A stretch of 63,787 nt of DNA, counting the filler, from Hyphochytrium catenoides (lineage: Eukaryota > Protista > Hyphochytriomycota), in NCBI GenBank assembly GCA_900088475.1. It is 15 parts of 15 records of this genome, joined end to end, with 100 filler letters (N's around TTAATTAATTAA, not from the genome) between each part and the next. Parts side by side here need not be neighbours in the genome. Positions count along the whole stretch, not along the records: positions 1 to 1,400 come from FLMG01002290.1; positions 1,501 to 13,366 come from FLMG01004016.1; 13 more parts are not named here. One strand, 5' to 3'. This document shows positions 1-13,466 of the stretch, piece after piece. The stretch's first letter is position 1. Each line of letters opens with the position of its first letter. Below the pieces are notes generated by a model. It was not told the DNA's origin. It did not search any database and worked only from the letters and a program-made list of their open reading frames with translations. The translations under genes and the position numbers were made by a program.

Positions 1-4
1 AGCC

Positions 5-1400
5 TTAGGTGTTAGGCTTCCCTCCCGCATGCCTGCTGCGACCTCTTCCTCGCCCACTATATTCCTTTCTACCCTTTCCGCGGCCCCCGGCGCCACCGCC
101 AGTTCGTCCAGCGTAAGGCCCTTCTTGAACCTCGACAGGACCCCTTTCGAACGTGCTAGAATCCTCCTTCTGGTGTGATGGGACGACTTGTAAATGGTCA
201 ATCCTTAGCTCTTACACTCGCTCCGTCGCGTACCTTGTGTTCCGCCTCTGTCGGTGATACGGCGGATATAGTCTCTGCTACCTCTCCTTCCTCCGGCGCC
301 AAGGCAGCCCCTGCCTGACCTGCCTCATGGCTGTACCGAGAACATGAGGTCCTAAACTACCTCAAAGGAGCAAAGAAGTAGTACTCACGGCAAGGCTTCT
401 TCCTCTTGGCTGATACCTTCCCCTTCTGTTCCTAGCTGACCTTGTAAGTGCTCCATCCCGTCGGGCCCTGGGCCCACCCGATGCCCTCCAGCTAGGTAAG
501 CCCCCTGAGAAAAAGTTCGTCAACATCTTCATAGTCCTGCGTTCCTTTGCTAGTGGAAGTGTCTTACATGTTGAGCATACTGCGGTGGAAACTGCCCAGG
601 AACCATGGGAACGCCACCTGGTCCTCCCATTCTGACAGGCAAATTGGGTGGGTGTGACGGCCCTGCTGCGTGGTACTGGAGATCCCACGACTCGTCAGAA
701 GGCATTGCAGACGGAGAACGGAGAAGCGGCTTGTACCTGAGGAAATGCACGAACGACTGGGGCCACTCCGGCCCCGCCCATTGGTGGAAAGCCGACAGGC
801 CTGGGACCGAGCATATGTGGCGGCATGACGTAGGGGACAGCAAACCCAGCGCCAGGCATGCTACCATCCTCCATACCCAGCTGAGAAGGAAGATGGTAAG
901 TGCCTGCCTCTAGACTGCAAAGGAGGAAGAGACGGGGCTTACCGGCCAATCCTCAGGCCTGCGGTACATTCCTCCAACCATGTGTGGCATTGAGTAGGGC
1001 GGCATATGCATTCCCAGAGGCAGTGCTTGCATTCCTGGCTGCGGGGGCATGAATTGGGGCTGAAACTTTGGCTGAAAGCTTCTGGCAGCAGGGTTCAGTA
1101 CAAACTCCTTGGCATTAGGGTTGAGCTTGCTCTTTGGAGTATCTAAAGCGAGAGATGAGAGAGAAAGGAACAGGCGGGAGAGAGAGCAGAGAGAGCGTAA
1201 GCTGCTTGTGAACATCAGTGTCTGAGGTTCAGAGGAGACGTCTTACCCTTCGCCTTTGATGGTGTTCCAGGTTGATCACCCTTTCTCTGGGCAGGAGACG
1301 CGGGTGGCATCTTGGCCTTCTCTTCGATCAAGTCTTGCTTAGTAGGCTCAGCAGGTTTGCGTGTGTCATTTTGAGGAGAAATGGCTTGCTTGATAGGTGA
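5..1400 (-). CDS. 3' part of a PAM2-motif protein, ataxin-2/Pbp1-like (multi-exon, 5' truncated)
   Basis: PAM2 motif SKLNPNAKEFVLNPAARSFQP (~1070-1135), followed by P/M/Q/G-rich exons with GT-AG junctions and an RGG-like tail (GGRGKGRKEYSGRGRGRS...NT*) ending at TAA 7-5. The Lsm domain is not in the contig, and the last junctions were not fully resolved. Confidence 0.6.
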
Positions 1401-1500
1401 NNNNNNNNNNNNNNNNNNNNNNNNNNNNNNNNNNNNNNNNNNNNTTAATTAATTAANNNNNNNNNNNNNNNNNNNNNNNNNNNNNNNNNNNNNNNNNNNN
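1401..1500. other. Artificial contig-joining spacer (first of 14)
   Basis: N44-TTAATTAATTAA-N44, giving stops in all six frames. The same spacer lies at 13367-13466, 15899-15998, 17298-17397, 23327-23426, 26860-26959, 32618-32717, 38373-38472, 46159-46258, 50239-50338, 52853-52952, 55519-55618, 61029-61128 and 62566-62665. Confidence 0.98.
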
Positions 1501-2191
1501 TAGTAGGCATTCAGCGTAACTCTTCTCAGCCTTCATAGGGGAGAGAAGAGCACCGGTAAGAAGGAGATAAGAAGGGCCCAAGGAGACCTTATTGACTTGA
1601 ACGCAAGGTAAAGTTGAGACAGATGGGTTTCAGGAGAAAACTCTCCACTGTGAGGTCTATATAAGGAGTCCTACCGCAAGACGGGCAGCTCTGTCCCTCT
1701 CGGCTGCCTTCTTGAGCTCTTCCAAATTTGAAGAATCGGAGGCGGCGAAGAGGTGCGTGAAGAGAGGTCGCACGTCAGGCTTTCTTGCTGGCTTCTTGCA
1801 AGTGGGACAGTTCTTTTTCTCCTAATGCAAAGGCAACCATTTTCAGCGGACTCATTGCTTAAAATCACCGTCAGCTTGGGTTTGGCACCTTGATCCATTT
1901 CTCTATGCACGCTTTGCCGAAGAGATGTCCACAAATTAGGGATACAATCCTATGTTTTCCAGAGGAGGTCCAGGCATCCAGGCAAATGGAGCAAGTCACA
2001 TTCTAACGTCATCAAAGTTAGCAACGTCTCCAATAAGTACTAAAATGGAGGGTGAATCTCACAATGGGAGGAGTTGCTTGGGGCTTTGCATTCTCTTTGT
2101 CGCTAGATGGCAACTTCCGCTTCTTGGTAAGGCTATTGTCTGGCTTGCATGTCTTCTCAGCACAACCGCTAGTGCTTCCCTGTTCATCCAT
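1501..2191 (-). CDS. RFWD3: RFWD3-like RING E3 ubiquitin ligase, N-terminal part (3' truncated; absent from the ORF track)
   Basis: Exons 2191-2063, 2002-1889, 1821-1675 and 1530-1501 (all GT-AG, phase 0) give ...NVTCSICLDAWTSSGKHRIVSLICGHLFGKACIEKWIK/EKKNCPTCKKPARKPDVRPLF...AEKSYAEC. This is the RFWD3-type RING (CxICxxxWTxSGxHRxxxLxCGHLFG) followed by a coiled coil. The start codon is tentative. Confidence 0.85.
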
Positions 2192-2852
2192 GATTCATCA
2201 TGTCTCTCTCAAGAACGTGCTTTGGCTAATGGATGTCGGAAGCGAGGCTGCTTGCGGCATGGTTCACAAGCTCCGGCATCCCACCGCCATCTTCAAGAAG
2301 CCTTCCAGGCCTAGAGCCCTGGTTCTGTTTGCCCTCTGCCTGCTGCACTGCCCAGAAGTGAGTCGCCGCTTCCGTAGTCTAGCCACTTTCAAGAAGACAG
2401 ACAGGCTGGCCTTGAGGTGACGGCGAAGAGTGACCCTGACAAGACAGTGCAGCTTTCTGCAGCTTTTTAGTTTCTTGAAAGGCCAAGAGAAAGTCAAATT
2501 TTGAGGTTTGCCGCTCTTCTTTTCCCCCTCCTTGTGATCTCCCTCATTTCAAGCGACTATATTAAGACAGCTGCCTTCTTATTCTTGATATTTGCCTATA
2601 ATATATGTTGTAAAGGGTTTGATTAGGGTATGAATCCGGAATCGGCTATAAAATCTGAGCTAATGACAATCGTTGGGTTCTTCATCCACTTTAGAATACC
2701 GGGGGCTCTCTGGGAAGGGCTAGGATGTACTGGGGGAGTTCTGCACGGTGGGACTCGTTGCTGATGATGGAAGCCCAGTGCACAAGCCTTCCTGGGTCTG
2801 TCAGCACAGCAGTCCTCCCTTGTCTCCCCTTTCTTTCTAATATTTCTCTCTG

Positions 2853-2919
<67 letters not shown>

Positions 2920-3430
2920 CTTTCTCGCTCTCTCTCTCTCTCTCTCTCGCTCTCTCTTTTCATCACTCTGCCTTCACTCTCGTTCCCTCCGCTCCCCCTC
3001 ATGTTTTTGCTCCTGCCCTCTCAGTCTCTTCTCTTCTTCTGATCGTCGCTGTTTTATTGGGTCGCTTTCGCTCCTTGCTCTTGTCCGTTTCTGTCTGCTC
3101 CGTACTCAATTATAAAGGTCTTTCCCTTAGAAAGCGCCACGAATCTCCTTTCTCTGACCTCACGCTGCAATGCCTTCTCTAGCTGAGAGTAAGGTCTGCA
3201 TCTTCATCTACATAGAAGCCCCACTCTGAAGATTGAACAACGAGAGAAGCACTTTCCCTCCCGTCGCCAACATCGCTGCTGACTCCATGATGGAGTCTTT
3301 GTTATATCTCTTTCCCCTTTCGCCACCAGGATAGAGAGCCTCAGGTATTGATACCAAGGATTGGGTGCTGAGGGAGAGAAGGAACGGCCTTTCTGTGCTG
3401 CTGGCACAGCTTCGCTGAACTGTTGCAGAG

Positions 3431-6400
3431 ATGTTCCTCTCCTGGGTGGCGAAGTGCAAGCTGCTGGAGCCTAATAAGGAGGCCGATGTCTTGGGCAATT
3501 TCCCCATCGACTCACAGCGGCTTATCGCAAGGACTCTAGTGGAGGACATCGTTCGATCGTTGCCGGACAAGGCGTCGCACAGCAGCAATGGCAGTGAGTT
3601 ACGCCGCTCGTTGAGCTCCCCATCTGGGCCCAAAGACTCTGATGACCAGAATATGCTCCTGAGCACCACTGCGCATGTCCGTTGGGCTCTGAGGGGCATC
3701 GCACCCATTTTCTGTTTAAATATGGAGGACGCGGACTCTATATCTAACGCTGTATCACTCTACGCCAAGTGGATGGGGCTCTTTGGCGGCGAGACAGGGG
3801 CAATGCTGGGCTTTGAGATGCCTTCCTGCATCGACAACGAGGAGCTCAAGCAAGGAATGGTCAAGGTGAGAACCTCTAGCGTCTCGGGTTCAGAGTGCCT
3901 GAACTTCTATAGTTCTTTTCGAAGTTGGTCTCCTGGTTCTATAACCAGCTGAGTGGCTGGCTGGCTCACTATCTCTGGCTTCTACACCTCTGCATCTTCC
4001 ATTGGCGCTCTAAAACTTCTCTTCCGGAAGCTTGCCCTGCATACCTATGTTAAGGCTCTTTTGATTCTGTTACTCGTTCCTCCGCGCTTCTCTATCCTGG
4101 CCAATGAACTTTGCTGCTTAGCTTCCCCGCTCTCGCCCACTGTCCTCTTTGTTCTGACTCTACACTCATATTCTCACTTCAGGATATGCTGGCGCATTGG
4201 TCGCTGATGTTTGATGACCGGCATTCCCCAGTCAGCGTCCTTCCGCCAGCGGCTTCGGTGTCTTCGAAGAACTCCATATCGTCTCTTCAGGGTCAGCAGC
4301 AGCAAGTGCAACGCCTTCTGCTAGAGAGGCAAGTTGTCATCTGCAGAAAGGTCCTTGATCTTATGCAGAAGTTGGGGAGAAAGAGAGGAAAAGAGCTGGA
4401 GAAGAAGACATGGGATCATCTTCTTCGTCTCCTAATTGGGATGACAGATAATGTGCTGTCTCCTGTAGTTGTAAGACGCTCCTCTCTCATACAAGCCTTT
4501 TTAGAGTTTGCTTCCCCGCCCTCTTTGTGCACACTCGTTCTCTCTTCTCTCTCTCTCTCTCCCTCTCTCTCTCTCTCTATCCTTATTAACGCTCACTGTT
4601 GGCAGCGCGAAGGGTATGAATCGCTTGGTTCTATTCTATGCACTCAACTCAGCCGGATTCTCTTTGAGCTTGTCATTCTATCCGTGGATGCTCTTGGGGC
4701 ACATGAAATCTGGGATATTCTGGCCCACTTTGCTAGGAGATGGACCCACCATCTCTCTTTGGTCAGACAGGTGGGACGAAAGAGGGAAGAAGAGCGCGAA
4801 AAAAAAAGAGAAGAGAGAGACAGAGAGAGAGACCACAGAGACTCTTCAAGAAATGGCCTCTTCCTCTGATTCACTGTTGGTCAAGGTCCAACCCTTCGTC
4901 GCTACTTAGCTCGCTCTGACGTTACTCACTGCAGCAGAAAACGTTACTCACACATCGGACATTGATGCTATTTCTCTATGATCTTTGGACTTCTTCTCAC
5001 CTCAATGTTCTGGCCTCTCTTGCTCTAGTGGCACATTATCGCAGAAACGTTGACCGAAGAGATGGTTCGGCGGATGTACAGCTCACCTGGAGATACAATC
5101 CATGATGTGTCTCGTGCCAAAGACAAAGAGGCAGACAAAGATAGAGAGAAAGCGAGAGACGATGCGAGTACGAAGAATGAGATTACAGTGCTGTGGGAGG
5201 ACAAGCATAGATCAGTTCTAAGGTAAGCGTTTTAGCTAAATGGATGTGGACGGCATTTCTCTGATACGAAAGAGCTGAGAACATCTAGATGGCAGCTCTC
5301 AAAGGGCAAGATGGGAAAGAGAGACATTGAAGAGATAGAGAAAGGGAGACCAACAGAGAAGAAAGAGCTCATTGGAAAGAATACCAATGGGGCTCACCCA
5401 CTGGGGAGCCTCGCGCTCGACAGGATTGTCGGACTGTAAGAAAAGAAAGGGAAAATGCTTCCAAAACTGTCCTTGACCTTGGCGAAGAAGGAGCATGTAT
5501 CAGGTCTCAGTCTAGCTACACTGACTTCTTCATTGAACAGGCTCAGCAGCCCGCTGTTGTCATACTGCTGGCACCGGTTTGTCTTCCTCATCGGTAACCC
5601 AAACAAGATAAGCGTCCCTGAGAACCATTTGATTGCCATGGTAACGGACAAACCCATAGAATGTCTGCTTAAAGGGAAAAGTGAAGAAGAAGAAACCACC
5701 GAAGGGAAGCCTCTAAATTAGGAATAAAGAGGAAGATAAGAAGAATGGCTTGGGCAGCGCGTAAGGACGGACTTTAGTTGCTGAAGAGAGAATAGCGGTC
5801 CGATGCGGGTCTGGATAGATTTTGGCGCTTGAGATCCTTTTGCTTCTCTAAGGTCTCACACCATTGAGTGTGCCTTATTTTGATCTTGACAGTCTTTCCG
5901 TCTACTTGTATCCTTCCAGCGTGGCATCACTAGAATAGCAGAGATCTTCATACAGATTGGACAAGAGCCGCTCCCTGAGCCTTCAGTTGCTTGGAAAAAG
6001 GTGAGTCACAGGGTCCTGTAGACAGGTAAAGCTGAAGTCAGAGAGATTGTGGAAGTAAACTGCAGAGATCGGCGCCAGCAGACATCTAAATGCCAAGCTA
6101 GACGATATAGAGGTTCATGGGTCGTTAAAACGAAACAATGGTCCACGAAGCATTCCGGCGACTAGTGTCATTTGTGCCTCTGGATCTCCCTTGTTGATGC
6201 CTAACTCTCATCTTCATGCATTGTCTACCAGATCCGCAGCGCGTTGGCTATGGCAGACATTAACATTTCGGCCACTTCGTCCTTGGGCCGCAGAGCCTTT
6301 GAATCGCGGACTGTCCTGCCCCTTGCTCCTCCCAACCCCAACTCCATCCTACAGCTGGTGGGGAACTGGCTTTTTGACGCAGCTATCAACGGACAAGAAG

Positions 6401-9400
6401 GTAAATCACGGGTAACCCTGGCTTCAATACATCTTAACTATCATATTTTCTGCCTGAGGGTCTAATATTTATGTCTTTGGCTGCAGGATTTGAGCTTGGC
6501 CGAGCCGAGAGCATCAGCTGCCTAGGGAAGATCTTCTGTGGCAGTGCCGGACTAGGTGAGACAGATAGGGCCAGGAAGGTTACATCTTCACTTCTCCTTT
6601 CTCTATCTATATGGTGTTTTTCTCATCACCATGAATACGATCCCTTTCATCGTCTCCGCTTTCCGGCATCATCTCCTCCTTATACAGGAAGAGAGTTTGC
6701 CACCTCCCATCTAGCACGATTCTATGTGATGCTATTGAAGACCTTTAGCGATGCGACAGATGACCGGTAAGCTGTCTTCCCCTCCTTGCACTTGCCTGCG
6801 CTTGCACTCTCTATGCTGCCGCTCTCCTTATTCAAGCTTCTTCATGATGTATGATGGCCTTGTGTCAGTGCTAACCGTCTCTTAATGCCCTCTTTTGTTT
6901 CTGATGCCTTCTGTAGGGTGCTGGCAGCCACAATAATGAGCTGCTGCAGGATCTTTTCCTCTCTTTGCTTGAGAAACACTCTTCCTCCTCAAATGATAGC
7001 CCCACAGTTCTTCGGTGGAATCTCTTCTCTCTTTTCTAAGATGCTAGAGAAACAAAGGTACGTCCGTCCTGATAGTGCTCGTAGATCCCCTTTTCTTCTA
7101 TCTCCCTTATTTAATCTGCTAGGCTTTTGTCCTTGGACTCTCTCCTGATCTTAGCTCAAACCACTCTATATGGGAGACATAAGAAGGCTTTTGATGTTTG
7201 CTTGAGAGGGGAAGGAGAGGGCGCCCTTCTGTCATCCTTCGCATCCTCCGGCTTTTCATGCTTTTACTTCCTCATGTGTGTCTTACCCGTATCCTAGGCT
7301 ATCGTTCCATGTCCCAGTCTTAACAAGCGAGTCGCTGACTCAGAGTGGCAGAGCGAAGAAGTCCAGCCGTGATCGGAGCCCTGTGGAGAGAGATAGGAGT
7401 GACCCTTCTTATGGAGAAGGTGGAAACCCCATTCCAATACTGTTTGGCGACTTTTCGATGGTGGAGCTACGCCGAGCTTGCATCGTGGCTCTCTCTTCTC
7501 TGGCTGGCCTGCCCTCTCATGTGAAGGTGCAAGACCCCAGCGTCATTTTTTCATTTGTCCTCTCATTTGGAATCAATATCATCCTTTCCAATCGACTTAC
7601 CCTCTGCGTCTAGCGTTTCCCATTGCTCGCCAGAATAAGCCCCATCCGGAACTCGTCTAGGTGTCCTTGTTCTTGGCTTTCTTTGTTGCTCTGCTATGGT
7701 TGTCGCTGTCGATTCTTCTTCTCTGCTGGACGTATCTAGGTACTCAAGACTGTCTCTCGCTCCTCGCTCTCCTAGGCAGTAAACATTTGGCAGGACTGGG
7801 ATGATGAGGACGTGATGGGTGGACGAGTCTCCCAGATTGAGGACTTCTGCTTTCTTGTCAGCCAAATGGAAGGCATGGTCTCGACCTTGCTTCACAGCTT
7901 CTTCACCACCGAACGAGATCCAGTAAACCACCAGATGCTCCTTTGGACCATGACGACGATGGCCTCTCAGGCCTCTGTCTATGGCACGATGAAGAGCAGC
8001 AGCAAGATCACTCCGGGGCACGTGATAACCTCTATCGGAAACGAAATACTAAGGAACATTCGGCGCTGGCACCCTGAGGTGGTTTATACCGCTGTGGAAA
8101 GCCTGCGGTGTCTGGCCGAGAACGCACTCGACATTTGCCAGCATGACCCAGATGCTGTGTCGTTCCTTGTAAATCTGCTCTATGAGTTCATTATCGTGCA
8201 CACCCGGACGCTGCGTACGTCCAAGCACCAGAGCGGACTCGAGAGGATAGTTGCCGCTGCATTAAGGTGTCTGGGGGAGTGGGCAATGCTGGCACCTCCT
8301 TTAGTGCGGGTAAGAGTTATAGGAAAAGACGTCCATGAGAGAGGAAAGAGCCTGAGCGCTTGGGTTGAGGAGTCGGTTAGAGACATTAGATAGGGAGGCG
8401 ACTGGCTCAAAGCATTTCCTTCTTTACCCTGTACCGTTCCTTTCCCTTAGAACTGACTCCCCACCTTACCTCTGGGCTTGACATCTCTTGTGATGATTCG
8501 GCAGGATCGATCCACCGCGAAGGCCATCATTGACGTCATTACAGAGTGCACAGACTGGCGCAGGGCTAACATGCCGAAAGTTCCTCAGGCGGACGAAGAG
8601 ATTCGGGTACCACTTCCTTGCTTACCTCCCTCTCCCGCTCCACGCAGTCTGCGCTTCTTTCCTCGCTTCTTCTCAATTGCGTCCTCTTTCTCGCCCTCTG
8701 CTTGTCATGAAGTAAAGACTCTCTTTTCATATCTGTCGCTAATGCTTCGCTCGGGCACCTTCCACAGGAGGCTGCGAACGAGATTTGCAGCAAGATTGTC
8801 CATCAGCTAGGACTCTTCCCAGACCACTCGATTGTCCCGTGTGCCATGTCTTCTCTTCTCAACGAAATGGTGAGTTCGTATTCTACCCTTTGTATCTAGG
8901 TTTACCGTTTTGCCCTTCCTACCTTGCTCCCCCAGGGCCTTCTTTTTGCAAGCCACAGAGGTAGCATCTTCAAGGCTAATGTGATTGTCCTGAGAGCGCT
9001 ATGCTTTTTTAAAGTGGAATGGTCCACCTCGATGTCTGTTGATTTCTTTTCTGTCTCAGGATGTTATGCCTGGTGGAGTGCTAGAGGGGAAGCTGGACCC
9101 CAAGGTAATTGTCTCTTCACAATAGACAGTAGAGTGAGTGTCTTCAAAGTTTGGAGGCAAGCTCTTCCATCCTCATTCTACAGCATTCTATTCGTTCGCC
9201 TGTTCCCGTCGATCATTCTGTCTGCATGTCCTTCTTGTCGGTGGCAGGCTGGATGCGCTAACACTGTTTCACCGTTGCGTACGCCGCCTTACGTCACGCT
9301 TTTCTCTCCTGCATTGTAGGACTATTGCCGAATGTTCATGCTTTACGGCCGGATTCTTCTATCTTTCGTAGAGCGACCTGCAACCAAGGGCTTTCCGCCT

Positions 9401-10292
9401 CAGGTCGTGATGATTGTACGCTCCCTCTCAGGAAAATATGTCTGGGCGTCTGAGACGATGGAAGAGTCAAGGACGAGCAAACATGGGACGACTGCTCCTT
9501 CGCTAAAGCCCCCGCAAAGGCCAGAAGTCGCCCAGCATGACAAAGGCAAGAATGGAAGGCAGAACGAACCGGCAGCTCAAGAGGCAAAAGACAGCGATGA
9601 GGAGGACAGAGGATGGGCGAAGAGAGAGGAAGTGGACCCGCTACTCAGAGCGATCAGGAATTGTAGCTCTGGGGCCCTAAGTAGCTGGACAGACCCGACA
9701 TCAAAAGAGCAAACAGCTCCACATTCAACCTCCGAAGAAGCCGGTAGCGGAATAGAGGGAGACCAGGAGACTGGAAAGAGCGAAGCAAAGGAGATGGATA
9801 ACCTCCACCGACCACGCAAAGCGGACGGACGTGAGAGCGATGGCAAGGGGCAGGACTTAAAAGAAGAAAGGGCAATCGTACGTAGTCACTCTCAGAGAAT
9901 GATTCTGGCGGTGGAGGAAGGTGAAGGCAACCGAGGCGTCCTTCCCTCCTCTACTGAGGCCGAAGCCGATCCCAAACGAGCAAGGCTGGAGCTCTTCGCT
10001 CAACTCATGAGCATTCAGGGTAGATTTGAGGCTTNNNNNNNNNNNNNNNNNNNNNNNNNNNNNNNNNNNNNNNNNNNNNNNNNNNNNNNNNNGCTTTCAC
10101 GTCGTCTCTTGGCAAACTTGGGGCTATTGCTTAGCGCCAACTGGGGCTCTGTCGTCCCTTTGGAGTTCTCATTAGAAGTTATGCGTAGTGTCAGCTTGCT
10201 GGATCAGATCCCGTCCAGAGAGCAGTATGAGGTAAGACATGAGGCGGCTCATATGTAGAAAACGCTTCAATCTTCCACTTAGCTGCTGCTGC

Positions 10293-10345
<53 letters not shown>

Positions 10346-10630
10346 GGTGAGCAGTCCACTCACGTGGCTAACACTGCCAATCTCCGAATTCTCTTTCTAT
10401 TTCCCTTCCTTTCCGCATCATTCTTTCGATTTGCCTAGGTTGCGGTCGCCTATGCTGTCTCTAATCCGTCCATCGGTGGACGAGATCAAATCTCGGTGTT
10501 GCGCAGTGAGAAAGGAGTGCCTGCGGGAGGCCAATCTTCGCGGTACCGCCAGTTTTTGGATAACCTGGGCTGGACGGTGGATGTCGCACACCACGAGGGT
10601 TTCCTAGGAGATATTGACCCGCTAAGGTAT

Positions 10631-10669
<39 letters not shown>

Positions 10670-12082
10670 CTNATCATACTCCACCGTCAGAGCTCCGTCT
10701 AGCACAACATCTTTGTTCTTACTTGATCGAGTTCCCTTCTTCTAAGATTGTTTCCATCGACTGATCGGGTAGAGACACGATCGAGGGTATCTCGCTCTCG
10801 TATAAAACTATGACCTCTGTCGCGGCTCTGCTAATATGTTGGCACCTCAACCTGTTGACCCTCTATTCGTTGTCTGTCATCGGCTTCAAAGAGCTCTTTA
10901 TCCTGATGACTGCGATTTCCTATGTGCAGTACGGTCGGACAGGAAGTATACTATGCCACAACGGATCTGGAGGTCCTCTTTCATGTCCCGACGCTTCCAC
11001 TGCGTCGGCTACTTCAATCAGGAGATAGTAGAGACATTGAATGGACAGCAAAAGAGGAGAGCGGCCAGCTATTCGAAGACCTATCCTTTGAGCAGCGGCT
11101 TGGCTCTAACTCCCAGGTCCTGATTCTATGGAATGAATGCGGGCAACAGTACCGGCCTGGCACCCGTATGTGGCAGGCCTATGGGCTACCAGATCCCAAG
11201 GGATCCGTGTACATTATTATAGACCAAAGACAAGGTACGGATGGTGTCTTGCCTTACTTGTCATCGCCTTGTCGTCTACCCTTCGCCTTTTCCTTTCCTT
11301 TCAAACTTACAGGCGTTATCTCTATGAGCAACTCTCTGTTTGACTGTTATCTACTTTGAAGTACGAGCCTTTGCCTCTCTCGCCCAGCAAAAGCAACCGT
11401 TGGAAACACTTTGCCATCACGCTTACTTCAATGCCGAGTTGACCCTTAGCACTCTGTGTAACCCCATTTGCTCCTCATTCAGATCTACCAGGAAACTACT
11501 TAGTACGTATCAGCACAGAGGATAGTCCTCATTTCGCTCCTCAGGGCTCCACATTGCAGGGCGCAGGTAGGCAGCTTTCCTTCTCTGCAAGTGAAAGCCT
11601 GTTGCCTTCAGCATGTTCTGAGCTTCTCGCCTTCAGTTTTTGCTGTTGCTGCGGGTTCCACGTCTCCCTTACTAACGTCACCTTGCAGTCCTTGTTGTCT
11701 GCTAGCAGCCTTCACTTCTCGGTCCGTTTCTTTACTGCTTGATATCATCTTCTAAGAGCTCTCCTGTCGCAATATAGATCATAAGAAGGATCGGTCAGAC
11801 TTCCTCAGCGGCTGTGTGCCCGGACCACTGCAGGATGGCATGCTAGTAGGAGAGGAAGCTCTGGCCAAACTAGTCCGACAGACCGCTGTCAACGCCTGCC
11901 GTCACTTGGCCCATAGTCGTCGTAACTTTTATCGGCAGCAGCCCAAAAGTGCCGTCCGTTCAGAGCTCCGTCTCAGGAGTCAAGGACTAAGGATGAGAGC
12001 TCTAGATGCGGTCGCTAGAAAGCATGCCATTGGGACTATGCCGAGTGACCTCTTTGCAGGGTTGTTCATGAACCCACCGTGA
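3431..12082 (+). CDS. RALGAPB: Ral GTPase-activating protein beta subunit-like (about 20 exons)
   Basis: RalGAP-beta-type blocks: MFLSW...VLGNFP, TAHVRWAL, AVSLYAKW, TWDHLLRLLIG, RWTHHLSLVRQW, YCWHRFVFLIGNP, PNPNSILQLVGNWLFDAA, FELGRAESISCLGKIF, IVRSLSGKYVW, LLDQIPSREQYEVAVAY, YRQFLDNLGWTVDVAHHEGFLG, YYATTDLEVLFHVPTL, VLILWNE, PGPLQDGMLV...LVRQTAVNACR. Stop TGA at 12080-12082. Confidence 0.88.
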
Positions 12083-12564
12083 GCTGACTGGGACGAAGAA
12101 GAAAAGAAAGAGAGAGAACACCTAAAGCCCAGCGATGCCCATAAGAGGGAGGGTTTATAAGCTGTTATTTGGCCTCGAAGGGCTGCAGCTCACGTGAGAG
12201 GACGAGTTGTTCAGCAATGGATGGGGATCTTTCAAGCACACCATAGCCCATGCTCACGTACAGATACCGTCATTTTTGTTATTTACAAACGGCGACAAGC
12301 CTTTCTTTGTTTTCAATTGTGATGATGTCAACCTAGAGCTGTCGTTAAGCTTTCCGTCCCTAGCGATAAGAGAGTTAGGTAGAGGATCGGCCACTGGAGG
12401 TCTTATGACGGGAAAGCCTTGAGCTTTTAAGCACGATAGGGTCGCCGACACCTCTCTGTGGTCATTCTTCTCGCTGTCCTCTCTCTCTCTGTGTTTGTCT
12501 CTCTCTCTCTCTCTCTCTCTCTCCCTTTATGAAGAAGAGAGCTATTGAGGTGCAGCATACGTTC

Positions 12565-12985
12565 TCATAGCGCTAGATAGCTCTCTCCTTCTTTGGGCGG
12601 ATCCAGGTAAGAAAGTGTCCTCGATGACTTGGAATACGGCCGAGAAGCGGTGGAGTAGGAAACCGAAGATGTTGATGAATATGGGGAAGAGGAAGAAGAG
12701 GTAGAGAGGGAGGAAGAAGAGACAGACGTGGCATCAGGCGGGCGAGTGGCCTGCTCCTGCTGCTCGGGTCCCGATTGATAGATATAATGATAGTCGTGGT
12801 TCTTTCTCTTTCCGTCTGCATGCGCCACGTCCCAACACTGTTGACAGAATAGCTCCTTGCAGTTCTCGCACTCGATGGAGGCACTGGCAGCGTCTATAGA
12901 GAGATAAGGCAGTTAACATGAGAGACGCAATTTTAAACATCTATAGATATCTGACAGGCATAGAGCTGAGAGAGAGAGAGAAAGA

Positions 12986-13026
<41 letters not shown>

Positions 13027-13366
13027 AAAAGAGAGGGTGGGAGTAGGAGAGAGCTTGGCGAGATGAAGAGCAACCAAAAGAGACCGACTCAGAGAAAATT
13101 CGAAGAAATAGTCCGCATGAGAAGATGTTGTCGACTAGTTAGAGGGAAGTAGCAAGGAAGGATAGAGCTGCGGCGCGATGTTAGTATGAGATCGACAGGA
13201 AGGACATCGCGGTAAAAGGTAAGAGACAGTATCTCTAGCGTACCGCAGCGACCGCAGAGAGACTCTTCTTCGCAGGCATAGACTGTAGTAGCTCTTTTCG
13301 CTCCTTGCGCGGGTTTCGGCTTCTTCTCCTCCTGCGCTTTACTTCTGGCGGTTGCCTCTTCTGCGG
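12565..13366 (-). CDS. C-terminal part of a B-box zinc-finger protein (5' truncated)
   Basis: Exons 13366-13244 and 12893-12565 splice to LCGRC/DAASASIECENCKELFCQQCWDVAHADGKRKNH (B-box Cys/His spacing), followed by a Ser-rich tail. Confidence 0.75.
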
Positions 13367-13466
13367 NNNNNNNNNNNNNNNNNNNNNNNNNNNNNNNNNN
13401 NNNNNNNNNNTTAATTAATTAANNNNNNNNNNNNNNNNNNNNNNNNNNNNNNNNNNNNNNNNNNNN

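Noticed and set aside
1401-1500. Recurrent TTAATTAATTAA motif flanked by Ns as a biological repeat or CRISPR-like array
   Set aside because: It has identical 44+12+44 geometry each time and is a six-frame-stop linker used when concatenating contigs.
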